From contig JAYPJE010000004.1 in assembly GCA_038128265.1 (NCBI GenBank), positions 1-34,670 of the forward strand: a DNA stretch of 34,670 nt. Reading direction: 5' to 3'. The stretch is from Gemmatimonadota bacterium. Lineage in GTDB: Bacteria > Latescibacterota > UBA2968 > UBA8231. The position numbers were made by a program, and so were the translations under genes. The notes beneath the pieces are model-generated. The model was not told the origin of the DNA. It saw only the letters and a list, made by a program, of their open reading frames with translations, and ran no database searches. Positions 10,181 through 19,168 of this stretch are shown piece after piece; the first letter of the stretch is position 1, and each line of letters opens with the position of its first letter.

Positions 10181-10258
10181 TTGCCTTCTCTCCTATCTGC
10201 ACTGCTATCGCGCACACGTTCGTACTACCGATTGCACCTGCTGGTAGTTAACCCCAGG

Positions 10259-11071
10259 TTATCCATCGGACATAAAGCGGGTCTCGCCTTCGACTTGCCA
10301 TTCGGCGCACGCCGTCCAACCACCGTCGACCACCAGCGAGGTGCCGGTAATGCCCGATGAGTCTTCGCAGGCAAAGTAGAGAGCCGCCTTGGCTATATCG
10401 CTCGGCTGCAGGGCCGTCCCCATCGGCACGCGCTGCAGGCGCTGCGCCAGGGCCGCTTCGGGATCGCCGGCCGCGCTCAGATGAAAACGCAGCATCGGCG
10501 TATCCGTAATGCCCGGGCAAATGCAGTTGCAGCGCATTCCGAGGGCGGCGTAGTCGAGCGCGATGGAGCGCGTCAGCCCCAGCGCCGCATGCTTTGAAGC
10601 CGTGTAGGCCGGTGTTAATGCCTGCCCTATAAAGCTGCTGGCCGAGGCGATATTGACCATATAAGAGCGCGATTTCTGCCGCAGATGCGGCAGGGCGTAT
10701 TTTGTGGACAGATAAATCGCCTTTACGTTAATGCCCATAAGCTGGTCCCACTGCGCCTCATCGTACTCGTGTAGCGGTCCCACGTGTACGATACCGGCGC
10801 AGTTGACGACGATGTCCAACCCGCCAAACTGCGCCGTGGCTTCGGCTATAGAGCGCTCTACCTGCTCACCGGCGCCTACATCACACACAGAGGTAAGAGC
10901 GCGTCCCCCGCGCGCGACCAGGCGCTCCACAACCGCTGCAGCGCGTTCTTCCTGCACATCGACTGCGACTACGGAAGCCCCCTCGCCTGCGAACAGCTCG
11001 GCGATGGCCTCGCCCATGCCAGACGCCGCGCCGGAGACCCAAGCAACTTTACCCGCTAGTTTTCCACTCAT
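10259..11071 (-). CDS. Classical SDR family NAD(P)-dependent oxidoreductase
   Basis: SGAASGMG, VNCAG, YTASK, NCICPG.TDT, VDGGW. Confidence 0.92.
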   Translation of the reverse strand: MSGKLAGKVAWVSGAASGMGEAIAELFAGEGASVVAVDVQEERAAAVVERLVARGGRALTSVCDVGAGEQVERSIAEATAQFGGLDIVVNCAGIVHVGPLHEYDEAQWDQLMGINVKAIYLSTKYALPHLRQKSRSYMVNIASASSFIGQALTPAYTASKHAALGLTRSIALDYAALGMRCNCICPGITDTPMLRFHLSAAGDPEAALAQRLQRVPMGTALQPSDIAKAALYFACEDSSGITGTSLVVDGGWTACAEWQVEGETRFMSDG

Positions 11072-11089
11072 AAGACCAATATCTTCCGG

Positions 11090-11821
11090 CTAGCTCGCCA
11101 TCATTGAACGCATTTTTTCCGCAATCCAGTCGATGGCCACATCGGCCATCACGCGCCCTTTCTTCGGCGTAGACAGATCGCGTCCGGCTTGAAAATACTC
11201 CGGATCCCTCGGGCGATAGGTCTCACTCTGAATATCGAGGTTGGCCGCTTCGTAATCGACGCCTTCCCAGTGGATATTTTCCGGGAACGCGGCCATCGCA
11301 AACGAGGTTTCGAACTCAGCTGCATGCGCCGGACAATCTTTGGAATCCAAAATCTCGTCGACGAATTCCTTGGAGTAGGCTTCCCAGTAGCTGTGAAACT
11401 GCACGTCGATGCCTAGTTTTTCGCTAAAACCCGCCACTTCATTGCGCAGAGGTCCATTGCCGGCGTGGCCGTTGCAGATCAGAATGTGCTCGACGCCCAG
11501 GCGCTGCAGCGACTCACATATATCGTAGGCTACCGTAAAGAACGTCTCTGGGCGCAGGCTGAGCGTGCCTTTGAACTCCATCCAGTGCTCGGAAATGCCC
11601 ACCGACATCGGCGTGGCAACCACGGCCTGGGGGTAGAGCTGCAGAGCCGCCTGGTGGGCCACGTAAGCCGCACTAGCCGTATCGTGCTCCATCGCCAAAT
11701 GCTCGTTGTGCTGCTCCGTGCTGCCGGTCGGCAGTATCGCCGCCTTGATCAATCCCTCCTCTAAGCGCTGACGCACGTGGCGGCGAGTCAGCTTCCACAA
11801 GCGCACTTCTTCTACGATCAT
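11090..11821 (-). CDS. Creatininase family protein (second, divergent paralog; 243 aa)
   Basis: GSTEQHNEHL..EHD, NGHAGN, HAAEFETS; start at ATG 11821 after a GGGAGAACGGGAG purine tract. Confidence 0.87.
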   Translation of the reverse strand: MIVEEVRLWKLTRRHVRQRLEEGLIKAAILPTGSTEQHNEHLAMEHDTASAAYVAHQAALQLYPQAVVATPMSVGISEHWMEFKGTLSLRPETFFTVAYDICESLQRLGVEHILICNGHAGNGPLRNEVAGFSEKLGIDVQFHSYWEAYSKEFVDEILDSKDCPAHAAEFETSFAMAAFPENIHWEGVDYEAANLDIQSETYRPRDPEYFQAGRDLSTPKKGRVMADVAIDWIAEKMRSMMAS

Positions 11822-11860
11822 CTCCCGTTCTCCCTGATTCAGGGGCCTATGCCCCATTTG

Positions 11861-11889
11861 TTGACAACCTTCTTTACAGGCAGTATCAT
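11861..11889 (+). promoter_or_regulatory. Near-consensus sigma70 promoter for the 11933..14997 unit
   Basis: TTGACA (11861-11866), 17 nt, TATCAT (11884-11889). Confidence 0.75.
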
Positions 11890-11932
11890 GCACAATTATC
11901 GCCCTAGCCACAACCACCCTATGAGGTTTTTT

Positions 11933-14068
11933 ATGGCCCACCCGCAGCGCGTCCCAAGCGGAGTATTCGTCGACTGTCACAGCCATTGGAAGGGTCGATT
12001 TAACGGCGAACAGGCGATCTCATTCGCCAAGTACCAGGGGGGCATTCTCTCCGTCGGCAGCGACGGCAGCGACCGCCGCAGCGGGTTGCGCAACGCCGCG
12101 CTGCGCTTGGCCTGCCGAGTGCGCATGGTCTGTCGCCAAGAGCCTTCGGCTGACGACTGCGATCAACCGGTGCTCATCCGGCAGGAAAACGACCCGGCCC
12201 CCAAGTTTTCGTTTTTGGAAGAAGGCCCCGTGCGCTTGGGCATGCGGGTAGCCTTCGACCTACTCGACGAGGCGGGCCACTACCACGGCGACGGGCGCCA
12301 GGACGTCTGGTTCTATCCCAACGGCGACCTGCACTGCACCTTCACTATGCAGATCGTCGATCGCGCTGGCCACGGCCCCATCGGGGATGCCTTTGTCGAG
12401 GTGGTCGACGACGGACGCTATACGCAGCTACACCTCGGACCGGAAACGCTGAGCGAATACGGCGCGACCGACCGTCCGTTCGGCCCGCAGCTCGAAGAGC
12501 GGGCCGTATTTCTCGAGAACGAATCGGAAACGGCCGCCCTGTTCTGGGCGCGCGATGAGGGCCATGTCTGGAAGGTTGGATCCGACCACGGCCCGCTGCC
12601 GCCCTTTTACGCCTCGCGCTGGCCCACCGGCATGCAGCAGTGGGCGCGCGGCGGCATGGGGTGGACCTGTCGCTCAGCATCGGCCGGAGTCGAAGCCTCC
12701 CTATGGGAAGAGGGTTCGACCGTGCGCCTGTGCTGGCTGCGCGACGGCCGCGTCGAAGCAGAGCGGGAGGGCGAATGCACCTTTACCGCCTCGCTTATCG
12801 TGGCTCGCGGGGCCGATCGCCAGGCGCTGCAGAGCCGAATTGAGGCCGTGCAAGCACCGCTCACTCCCCGCGTTGTGGGCGGCGACCTACGCTGCTACAC
12901 CGAAGAAGACGGCACCTACGAAATCGGTCAAGTCGATCCAACGGCGGTGCAGATTGTCTTTCCGGCCGATCCGCTAGCGCGCGACGTGCGCGTGCGCTTT
13001 TACCGCCGCAAAACGGATCCGCGCCACCGCGGCGGCGTCGTAGCCACAGCCGACGGACAGCGCATTCCGGTGCAGCTGGTATCCGAGGGCGAACTAACCG
13101 ACGATATCTGCGTGCCCATTGAGATGTCGCACCGAAGAGACTCCGTCGACGACGTGCTGATCGCAGCGCGCTTACACCCAGAGCGCGAGACCGTTCTGCG
13201 CATCGAAAAAGTGCCCGGCATTCAGGTGGTGTATCAGAGCGAGATTGGCGGCGTCGACCTCAAGCGGCGCGCCGGCAACCGCCGCGATTTGGTCGTCTGG
13301 AGCAGCCACAACCCGCAGGCACCCCTGCTGGAATTCGACCTGTTCTCGGGTGCCGTCCACCGCCTGACGCACTACGCTTCGGCCGATCCGGTCGTGTGGG
13401 AAATGCCGATGGCTTTTTTCAAGTCGTGTGGCATTTCCAAGCACAACTACTGCAGCGATGTGCGCGCGTTTCGCCTCGACGAAGACGGTCCCGACGCCAT
13501 CGCCCTGTATTTCTGTGCCACCAATCCCAGCGGGCGCGCCCAGTCGGAAACCTGGCTGCGCATCCCCTACGACCATCCGCGGCCGCGCCTAGAGGTGCGC
13601 ATGCGCTTTACCGCGCTCGAGCAGTGGGACGATGACAACGTCGAGTTCACCGATATTTTCCCCTATCCCTCGCGCCTGCCGGAAACGTGGTTTCACGACG
13701 CCGTGCTCTTTGTTCAGGGCGGCGAGAGTTTTGTCAAACACAGCTACCGCCCCGACCTGAGTGGCGGCCAACAGGGCGAGGGACAGCGCCTCTTTTACGC
13801 CCTCTATCCGTCGCAGCGCGGCAACGTGCTCACACTAATCGACAATCCCGACCCCAACCAAAAGATGCACTATTCGGTCTGCGGCAACTACGTCGACATT
13901 CACGTCAACTTCCACCCGCAGCAGGTCCCCGCTCCGGCTGGCACCGCGTTTGACATCCGCTATATATGCGAGGTGTACGGCGACGAGCACGCGAGCGTAG
14001 ACGTGCTAAAACAAATCGGTTTGCGCGCTACCGAAACGGGCGATATACGCATTGATCCGGGAGCTTGA
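11933..14068 (+). CDS. Large hypothetical protein (711 aa), predicted beta-rich, possibly carbohydrate-active
   Basis: Long open frame; ATG 11933 is 6 nt after GAGG and downstream of the promoter; no signal peptide; no family recognised. Confidence 0.75.
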   Translation: MAHPQRVPSGVFVDCHSHWKGRFNGEQAISFAKYQGGILSVGSDGSDRRSGLRNAALRLACRVRMVCRQEPSADDCDQPVLIRQENDPAPKFSFLEEGPVRLGMRVAFDLLDEAGHYHGDGRQDVWFYPNGDLHCTFTMQIVDRAGHGPIGDAFVEVVDDGRYTQLHLGPETLSEYGATDRPFGPQLEERAVFLENESETAALFWARDEGHVWKVGSDHGPLPPFYASRWPTGMQQWARGGMGWTCRSASAGVEASLWEEGSTVRLCWLRDGRVEAEREGECTFTASLIVARGADRQALQSRIEAVQAPLTPRVVGGDLRCYTEEDGTYEIGQVDPTAVQIVFPADPLARDVRVRFYRRKTDPRHRGGVVATADGQRIPVQLVSEGELTDDICVPIEMSHRRDSVDDVLIAARLHPERETVLRIEKVPGIQVVYQSEIGGVDLKRRAGNRRDLVVWSSHNPQAPLLEFDLFSGAVHRLTHYASADPVVWEMPMAFFKSCGISKHNYCSDVRAFRLDEDGPDAIALYFCATNPSGRAQSETWLRIPYDHPRPRLEVRMRFTALEQWDDDNVEFTDIFPYPSRLPETWFHDAVLFVQGGESFVKHSYRPDLSGGQQGEGQRLFYALYPSQRGNVLTLIDNPDPNQKMHYSVCGNYVDIHVNFHPQQVPAPAGTAFDIRYICEVYGDEHASVDVLKQIGLRATETGDIRIDPGA

Positions 14069-14073
14069 ATACC

Positions 14074-14997
14074 ATGCGAATTGTGCTGATCTCTCTTGTT
14101 TTCATTGCCCAAGCCGCTTGGGCCAGCGAGAAACCCACCGGCGAATTTGCCGGCTATGCGGGCTGGTGGCTGCGCAATGCCCGCGTCGAGGCCTTTGTTA
14201 TCGCCGAACCCTATGCGCGCGTGATCGCCTTCCGCCCTATCGGCGGGGAAAACCCGCTGCACGTCAGTCGCGAGTACGAATACTTCGGCATACGCACCTG
14301 GTTTCTCGAACCGGAGCAAAATGCGCTTTCCCCGCTTCCGGCCCTAGAACCGGCCAGCGCCGAAACGATGGCCGAGGGCGGTCTGCGCCTGCTGGCCGCC
14401 CCTGCTGACAGCGCCGGCCTACAGCTCTGCATGGAGATCTCACTGCACGAAACAGAGCCTATTCTGCATATCCGCCACGGTATGAAAAACCTGCGCCCAG
14501 CACAGCGGCGCATCGCCCTGTGGGCCCTCAACGTCATCAAGCCCGACGGCGGCGTCGGCGTTGCGCCCTGGCGCAGCGAGAATCGCCAGCACTTTATCTT
14601 TTGGCCCAATACCGACCCCGACCAGGATGGACTGCACTTAGGCCGTCGCACACTCGCCGTAGACTACCGCGTGCTGCCGCGCCACGGTTGGCTCAAAGTA
14701 GGCACCGATACCGACCGCGGCTGGGTAGCCTACGTATACGGCGAACGCGCGCTGCGTTCCTCAGTAGCCCACGTGGCCAACGGCGTATACCCCGAGGGAG
14801 GCGGCACGGTCACGATGTTTAACTCGACTTCGGAGATCTTCGACGGCAAAGAGCGCTTCGGAGAAATTGAAAACGTCGGCCCACTCAGCGACGTACAGCC
14901 CGACAATTGGCTGTGGATGGATCAAGAGTTGGAGATTATTTCCGGATTGCAGGGCGACAACCCCGAGGAATGGATCGAAATGCTCGACGCGCGCTAG
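14074..14997 (+). CDS. Secreted hypothetical protein, DUF4380/galactose-mutarotase-like beta-sandwich
   Basis: Signal-peptide-like MRIVLISLVFIAQAAWA; LRNARVE..ARVIAFR..GGEN, 'YPEGG', 'EIENVGPL' resemble this family. Confidence 0.6.
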   Translation: MRIVLISLVFIAQAAWASEKPTGEFAGYAGWWLRNARVEAFVIAEPYARVIAFRPIGGENPLHVSREYEYFGIRTWFLEPEQNALSPLPALEPASAETMAEGGLRLLAAPADSAGLQLCMEISLHETEPILHIRHGMKNLRPAQRRIALWALNVIKPDGGVGVAPWRSENRQHFIFWPNTDPDQDGLHLGRRTLAVDYRVLPRHGWLKVGTDTDRGWVAYVYGERALRSSVAHVANGVYPEGGGTVTMFNSTSEIFDGKERFGEIENVGPLSDVQPDNWLWMDQELEIISGLQGDNPEEWIEMLDAR

Positions 14998-15011
14998 GCG
15001 CAACCCCACGC

Positions 15012-15047
15012 AAAGGGGGAGACCCGCCCTCGGGCGATCTCCCCTTT
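15012..15047. terminator. Hairpin between convergent genes, probable bidirectional terminator
   Basis: AAAGGGGGAGA..CGCCC-TC-GGGCG..TCTCCCCTTT imperfect inverted repeat with short A/T tails. Confidence 0.65.
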
Positions 15048-15076
15048 CACAACGCCGTTCGGCTAGTATTGATCCC

Positions 15077-16567
15077 CTACTGCTGCACGCCCTCTAACAG
15101 GTCCATTTGCGGCTTCTCGCCAATCTGAATGAGGGATCCAGCCACTTCAAAGGGCATGCGTCCACCGATGCAAAAGGTGCACAGATCGCCCTCTTCCAGA
15201 CCCGCACGCGCGAACGCGCGCAACATGCCCGCACGCGATAGGTAGAGCACCGGCATTTCCATCGCCTTGCCAATCTCCTCTACGCTCCGATTGCGCGCAA
15301 TAAATTCGTCGCCGGGCGGTGGATCGGGCGGCATGTCGACGCCAAACGTGCAGCCGCGAGGCACCCCGTCCTCGCCAATAATACCGATGGGGGGCGTATA
15401 GCTAACGAGGAAGGCCTTCTTTACCTGGGCCTCTTCGTAGAGCAGATCCCGCGCGCGCTTGGAGTTGTTGCCGCGCACAATGCTGTCGTCGAGCAAAATA
15501 ACGGTCTTGCCGCGCAACTTGTCTTTCATGCCCGGCAGTAGGTGTAGGTTTTGGCCTATCGACTCGCGCCGCTCTCCGGCGGTGGACCCCTGAAAAGAGC
15601 GCTCTCCGCGCATCTTGTAAAATACCGGCTCAAAGGGCAACTCGCTCTTTTTAGCAAAGGAGCGGGCGGCCACTTCTGGACAGCGAGGCAGATAGGTTAC
15701 CAAATCGGCTCCCTTCACATCGCCTACCAGCTCTTCGCTGAGTTCCTCCCCCAGCGACTCGCGAATGCTGCGCACGCTTACGCCGTTAATAATCGAGTCG
15801 AGATCCGTTATGTAGTTCCACTCAAAAAAGCAGTGTGCTCTATCGACATCGAGCAGTTTTTCTTTGGAATAGCCGCCCTCGGGTTTGATGTAATAGATGG
15901 TGCCGGGATCGAGGTCTTCGACATATTCGCCGCCGTTTTTGCGGAAAGCGATATCCTCCGAAGCCACTCCGTACTTTCCGTCTTTCCAACCGAGCACGCC
16001 GGGTTTAATACCGGTGCGGTCGCGCATGACAATGACGTCTTTCTTGCGCTTATCGGCGATGGCCAGCGTAAATGCACCGGGCACTTCTTTCAAGAAATTA
16101 GACTCGCCGCGCTCGCGATAGAGATAGAGTAGGGCCTCGGTATCACAGCTCGAATAGAGGTTTTCCGGAGCAACGTCGCGAAAGAATACGGGGTCGACCT
16201 GACCGTTGTGAACGGCGGCCATATCGCAATCCCATATTAAAATGTGGTTATCGCGGTTCTCAATCCGACCGCCGATGACGTGCGGATGCGCCTCTTCGAG
16301 AATCTTGTCTTTCGAACCGCGCGTGGCGTAGCGCACGTGCGCCAGGTAGGTGTGGTAATTGGGGCTGAGAAAAATTTTGTGGAGGTCGGTCACGTCAAAA
16401 GTGGAAACGGCCCCCTTCCACTTGATGACGTCAATCCGCCCATCGCCGACGGCGGCAATACCGGCCGCCTCGCGACCGCGGTGCTGAAGAGAATGAATAA
16501 ATCGATAGGCATCGTGCAGCGTATGCGCCACGCAGAAACCACAGTTGTGACGTACGTACTCGGTCAT
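15077..16567 (-). CDS. purF: Amidophosphoribosyltransferase (PurF)-like, divergent
   Basis: Ntn Cys after a short propeptide (..HNCG), LQHRG, HVRYAT.G, HNG, DTE, PRPP motif LLDDSIVRG, four Cys at Fe-S positions. Confidence 0.8.
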   Translation of the reverse strand: MTEYVRHNCGFCVAHTLHDAYRFIHSLQHRGREAAGIAAVGDGRIDVIKWKGAVSTFDVTDLHKIFLSPNYHTYLAHVRYATRGSKDKILEEAHPHVIGGRIENRDNHILIWDCDMAAVHNGQVDPVFFRDVAPENLYSSCDTEALLYLYRERGESNFLKEVPGAFTLAIADKRKKDVIVMRDRTGIKPGVLGWKDGKYGVASEDIAFRKNGGEYVEDLDPGTIYYIKPEGGYSKEKLLDVDRAHCFFEWNYITDLDSIINGVSVRSIRESLGEELSEELVGDVKGADLVTYLPRCPEVAARSFAKKSELPFEPVFYKMRGERSFQGSTAGERRESIGQNLHLLPGMKDKLRGKTVILLDDSIVRGNNSKRARDLLYEEAQVKKAFLVSYTPPIGIIGEDGVPRGCTFGVDMPPDPPPGDEFIARNRSVEEIGKAMEMPVLYLSRAGMLRAFARAGLEEGDLCTFCIGGRMPFEVAGSLIQIGEKPQMDLLEGVQQ

Positions 16568-16632
16568 CTGCTAACTACCTCACCGGAATTACTAGAAAGG
16601 GGACGCGATGTCCGTGCTAACGATGCGCCGCC

Positions 16633-18051
16633 TCAGCGCGCCGTATAGTCTGCCTGCAATGGGCACTCGGCACCGTCGCGCGCCAGCAGGGCGATGTGCG
16701 CCAAACCATGCTGCAGAAAAGACGGGCCCATTTGCGATTCATACCAGTCTATTCCCGCAGCGCCGCGCGGCAGTACCGCATCAAAATAGCAAGCGATTGC
16801 GCTTTCGGCCAGAGCCAATCCACTATCGAGCCAGTTTTTATCGCCGCTGACCGAATACAGGTCGGCCAGCAGACCAAGCCCCAGACCGGCATCCATCGCC
16901 GGCACGGCTACGTCGTCGGGCAGCGCTTCCCGAGCGTAGGCGTGGCCGACGGCGGCCGCCCAGTCGAAGAGGCGCCGATCTCCGGTGATGCGATAACCGC
17001 ACAGGCAGCTCAGCGCCACGTAGGAAGATGGCCAAACGCCGTAAACGCTCCCCCAGACGGGCATGGCCTGTGCGACCACATTGCCTGCGCGCTTGCTGAG
17101 AATGACGAATACGCCGGCATCGGGATCGTGCGGCGCGTTAAAAAAACCGTCTATGTAGGCACTGGCGCGCCGGCGCATAGTCCCTGCCAGTTGCGGGTGC
17201 GTTGCGTCTAAGAGGGGCGCGCTTTCCAACAGACTGATAGCCAACGACAGCGTCTGGCCCGGCGCATTGGTATCGTAGAAATGCGTATCCTCTATCGGCG
17301 AGCGGCTCTCTATCAGCAGTAGGTTGCGCTCGTCGCGCCGCGGCCACCAATAGTCGACCATGCGCTCGATTTGCTCGATCCAGCGGTTGTCGCCGCTGTG
17401 GGCATGGGCAAAGGCCCAGTCGAAAATGTAGAATCCCCCGTGCCGGGGAAAATCACAGGAGCGCGCTCCCCGACCGTGCCGCCTTTCCTCTTCGATGTGG
17501 GCGTGGCGTATGTACTCCCACCCTTCGCCCTCCGTCCAGTGGCCGTCCAGTCCGCGAGCGAATCCCTGCACGCAGCGCGGGTTGAAGTGCTGGAGCTTTT
17601 CCCACAGCCACAGGGGCGCCTGGCGCAGGTGGTCGTGGATCGCGCCGCTCGCATCGTCTGGATTGCGCAGGTGGCGGCTATTTCCTATGCGATCGCGCTC
17701 GAGATCCCAAAACGCATGTTCACCCCACGGGAACAGACCCGACGGCGTATCGGTGCAGTGGGTGGCAAAGCGCTCTATATAGCGATCGGCCGCCGCTGCG
17801 TAGTGCGGCCTGTCGAGCGCATCGGCCAGCGCGTAGAGCGTTTTAAGAGCCGCTTCGTCGTGGATGAGGTTGGAACCGCAGTAGGCGCGGTCGCCATCGC
17901 GCTGACCGGCTATAGCCGGCGGCATTGCATCGGGCGCGCGGGCTGAAAATCGATCGAGCACGGAGGGAAAAAGCCCCCCGTGCTCGTCGGCGCATTCGAT
18001 CAGTGTGTCAAACGACGCACTGACTTTTCCTAGCAGGTCTTCAGCCCGCAC
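16633..18051 (-). CDS. Alpha/alpha-barrel protein resembling polysaccharide lyase family 2
   Basis: SNL..LKTLYAL....Y..AAD.YI..F......SGLFPWGEH.FWDL recalls the PL2 'SN..LRTL..L....Y....SGL.YWGGH.F.NL' segment; GTG directly follows the fbaA stop. Confidence 0.55.
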   Translation of the reverse strand: MRAEDLLGKVSASFDTLIECADEHGGLFPSVLDRFSARAPDAMPPAIAGQRDGDRAYCGSNLIHDEAALKTLYALADALDRPHYAAAADRYIERFATHCTDTPSGLFPWGEHAFWDLERDRIGNSRHLRNPDDASGAIHDHLRQAPLWLWEKLQHFNPRCVQGFARGLDGHWTEGEGWEYIRHAHIEEERRHGRGARSCDFPRHGGFYIFDWAFAHAHSGDNRWIEQIERMVDYWWPRRDERNLLLIESRSPIEDTHFYDTNAPGQTLSLAISLLESAPLLDATHPQLAGTMRRRASAYIDGFFNAPHDPDAGVFVILSKRAGNVVAQAMPVWGSVYGVWPSSYVALSCLCGYRITGDRRLFDWAAAVGHAYAREALPDDVAVPAMDAGLGLGLLADLYSVSGDKNWLDSGLALAESAIACYFDAVLPRGAAGIDWYESQMGPSFLQHGLAHIALLARDGAECPLQADYTAR

Positions 18052-19080
18052 CTACCGCCCCATGCTCTTGCCAGCCGAATTGAGGTCGTGGCAAGCCTGC
18101 ACGACGCGAGCAGCCATATTCGCCTTGCCCTTTTTGAGCCAGGCACGCGGGTCGTACATCTTCTTGTTACCGACTTCGCCCTCAATCTTTAGCACACCTT
18201 CGTAATTGGTCAGCATGTGGTCTACAACCGGACGCGTAAACGCATACTGCGTATCGGTATCGACGTTCATTTTGATCACGCCGTAGTCGAGCGTCTCGCG
18301 AATTTCCTCCTGCGAAGACCCCGATCCCCCGTGAAAAACCAACCAAAAACGCGCCGCATCGCCGTGTTTGCCGGTCACCGCGTCTTGGCCCTCGCGCAGA
18401 ATGGACGGCGTGAGCACGACGTTGCCCGGCTTATAGACGCCGTGCACGTTGCCAAAGGTGGCCGCCAGCATAAAGCGCCCCCCTTCGATTGGGCTGAGCG
18501 CCTCGTATACGGCGAGCATGTCTTCGGGAGTAGTGTAGAGCTTTTCCTTGTCAATGCCCTCGCGGTTGAGGCCGTCTTCCTCTCCTCCGACTACCCCGGT
18601 CTCGACTTCGAGAACAATCTCATTGTCGCGGCACAGTTCAAGCAGGGGGACCGCGGTCTTGAGGTTATCTTCCAGCGGCAAATCACTGCCGTCATACATA
18701 TGGCTCGAAAAGAGGTTGGGCAGGCCCTCCTTGCGGCGGCGCGACGTCTCGGCAATGAGCGGTTTTAAAAAGGACTCGACCTTGTCCGTGGTGCAGTGAT
18801 CGGTATGCAAGGCAATATTGACATCGTAGTGTGCGGCAATGCGATGGGCGTGTTCGGCCAGCGAAATACCACCGAGCACCGCGTCTTTGAGGTTGCCGGA
18901 GGCGTGCTCACCCCCGCCTGTAGAAACCTGCACAATGCCGTCGCTCTCCGCCTCTACAAAGCCCTCAATGGCGGCATTGAGGGTATCCATATTAGAAATG
19001 TTAATCGCCGGATAGGCATATTTTCCCGCGTGCGCCTTGTCGAGCATTTCGCAATAGCGCTCGAAGTTGACTATGGGCAT
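18052..19080 (-). CDS. fbaA: Class II fructose-bisphosphate aldolase
   Basis: YAYPAIN, LHTDHC, SSHMYDGS, VGGEEDG, TFGNVHGVYKPG, VFHGGSGS, KMNVDTD, YDPR. Confidence 0.96.
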   Translation of the reverse strand: MPIVNFERYCEMLDKAHAGKYAYPAINISNMDTLNAAIEGFVEAESDGIVQVSTGGGEHASGNLKDAVLGGISLAEHAHRIAAHYDVNIALHTDHCTTDKVESFLKPLIAETSRRRKEGLPNLFSSHMYDGSDLPLEDNLKTAVPLLELCRDNEIVLEVETGVVGGEEDGLNREGIDKEKLYTTPEDMLAVYEALSPIEGGRFMLAATFGNVHGVYKPGNVVLTPSILREGQDAVTGKHGDAARFWLVFHGGSGSSQEEIRETLDYGVIKMNVDTDTQYAFTRPVVDHMLTNYEGVLKIEGEVGNKKMYDPRAWLKKGKANMAARVVQACHDLNSAGKSMGR

Positions 19081-19099
19081 ATCTTCCTCTCACGTGTGT

Positions 19100-19125
19100 T
19101 TTTTAGGGTCAAATCACCCTAAAAA
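19100..19125. promoter_or_regulatory. Perfect 10-bp inverted repeat upstream of fbaA (operator or hairpin)
   Basis: TTTTTAGGGT-caaatc-ACCCTAAAAA. Confidence 0.45.
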
Positions 19126-19168
19126 CATAAGCATTGGCGCTTCAATGCGACATAGGCAGATCGAAATT

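Noticed and set aside
11777..11986. Apparent head-to-head overlap of the 298-aa and 763-aa ORFs
   Set aside because: Better starts with RBSs at 11821 (-) and 11933 (+) leave a 111-nt gap containing a consensus promoter
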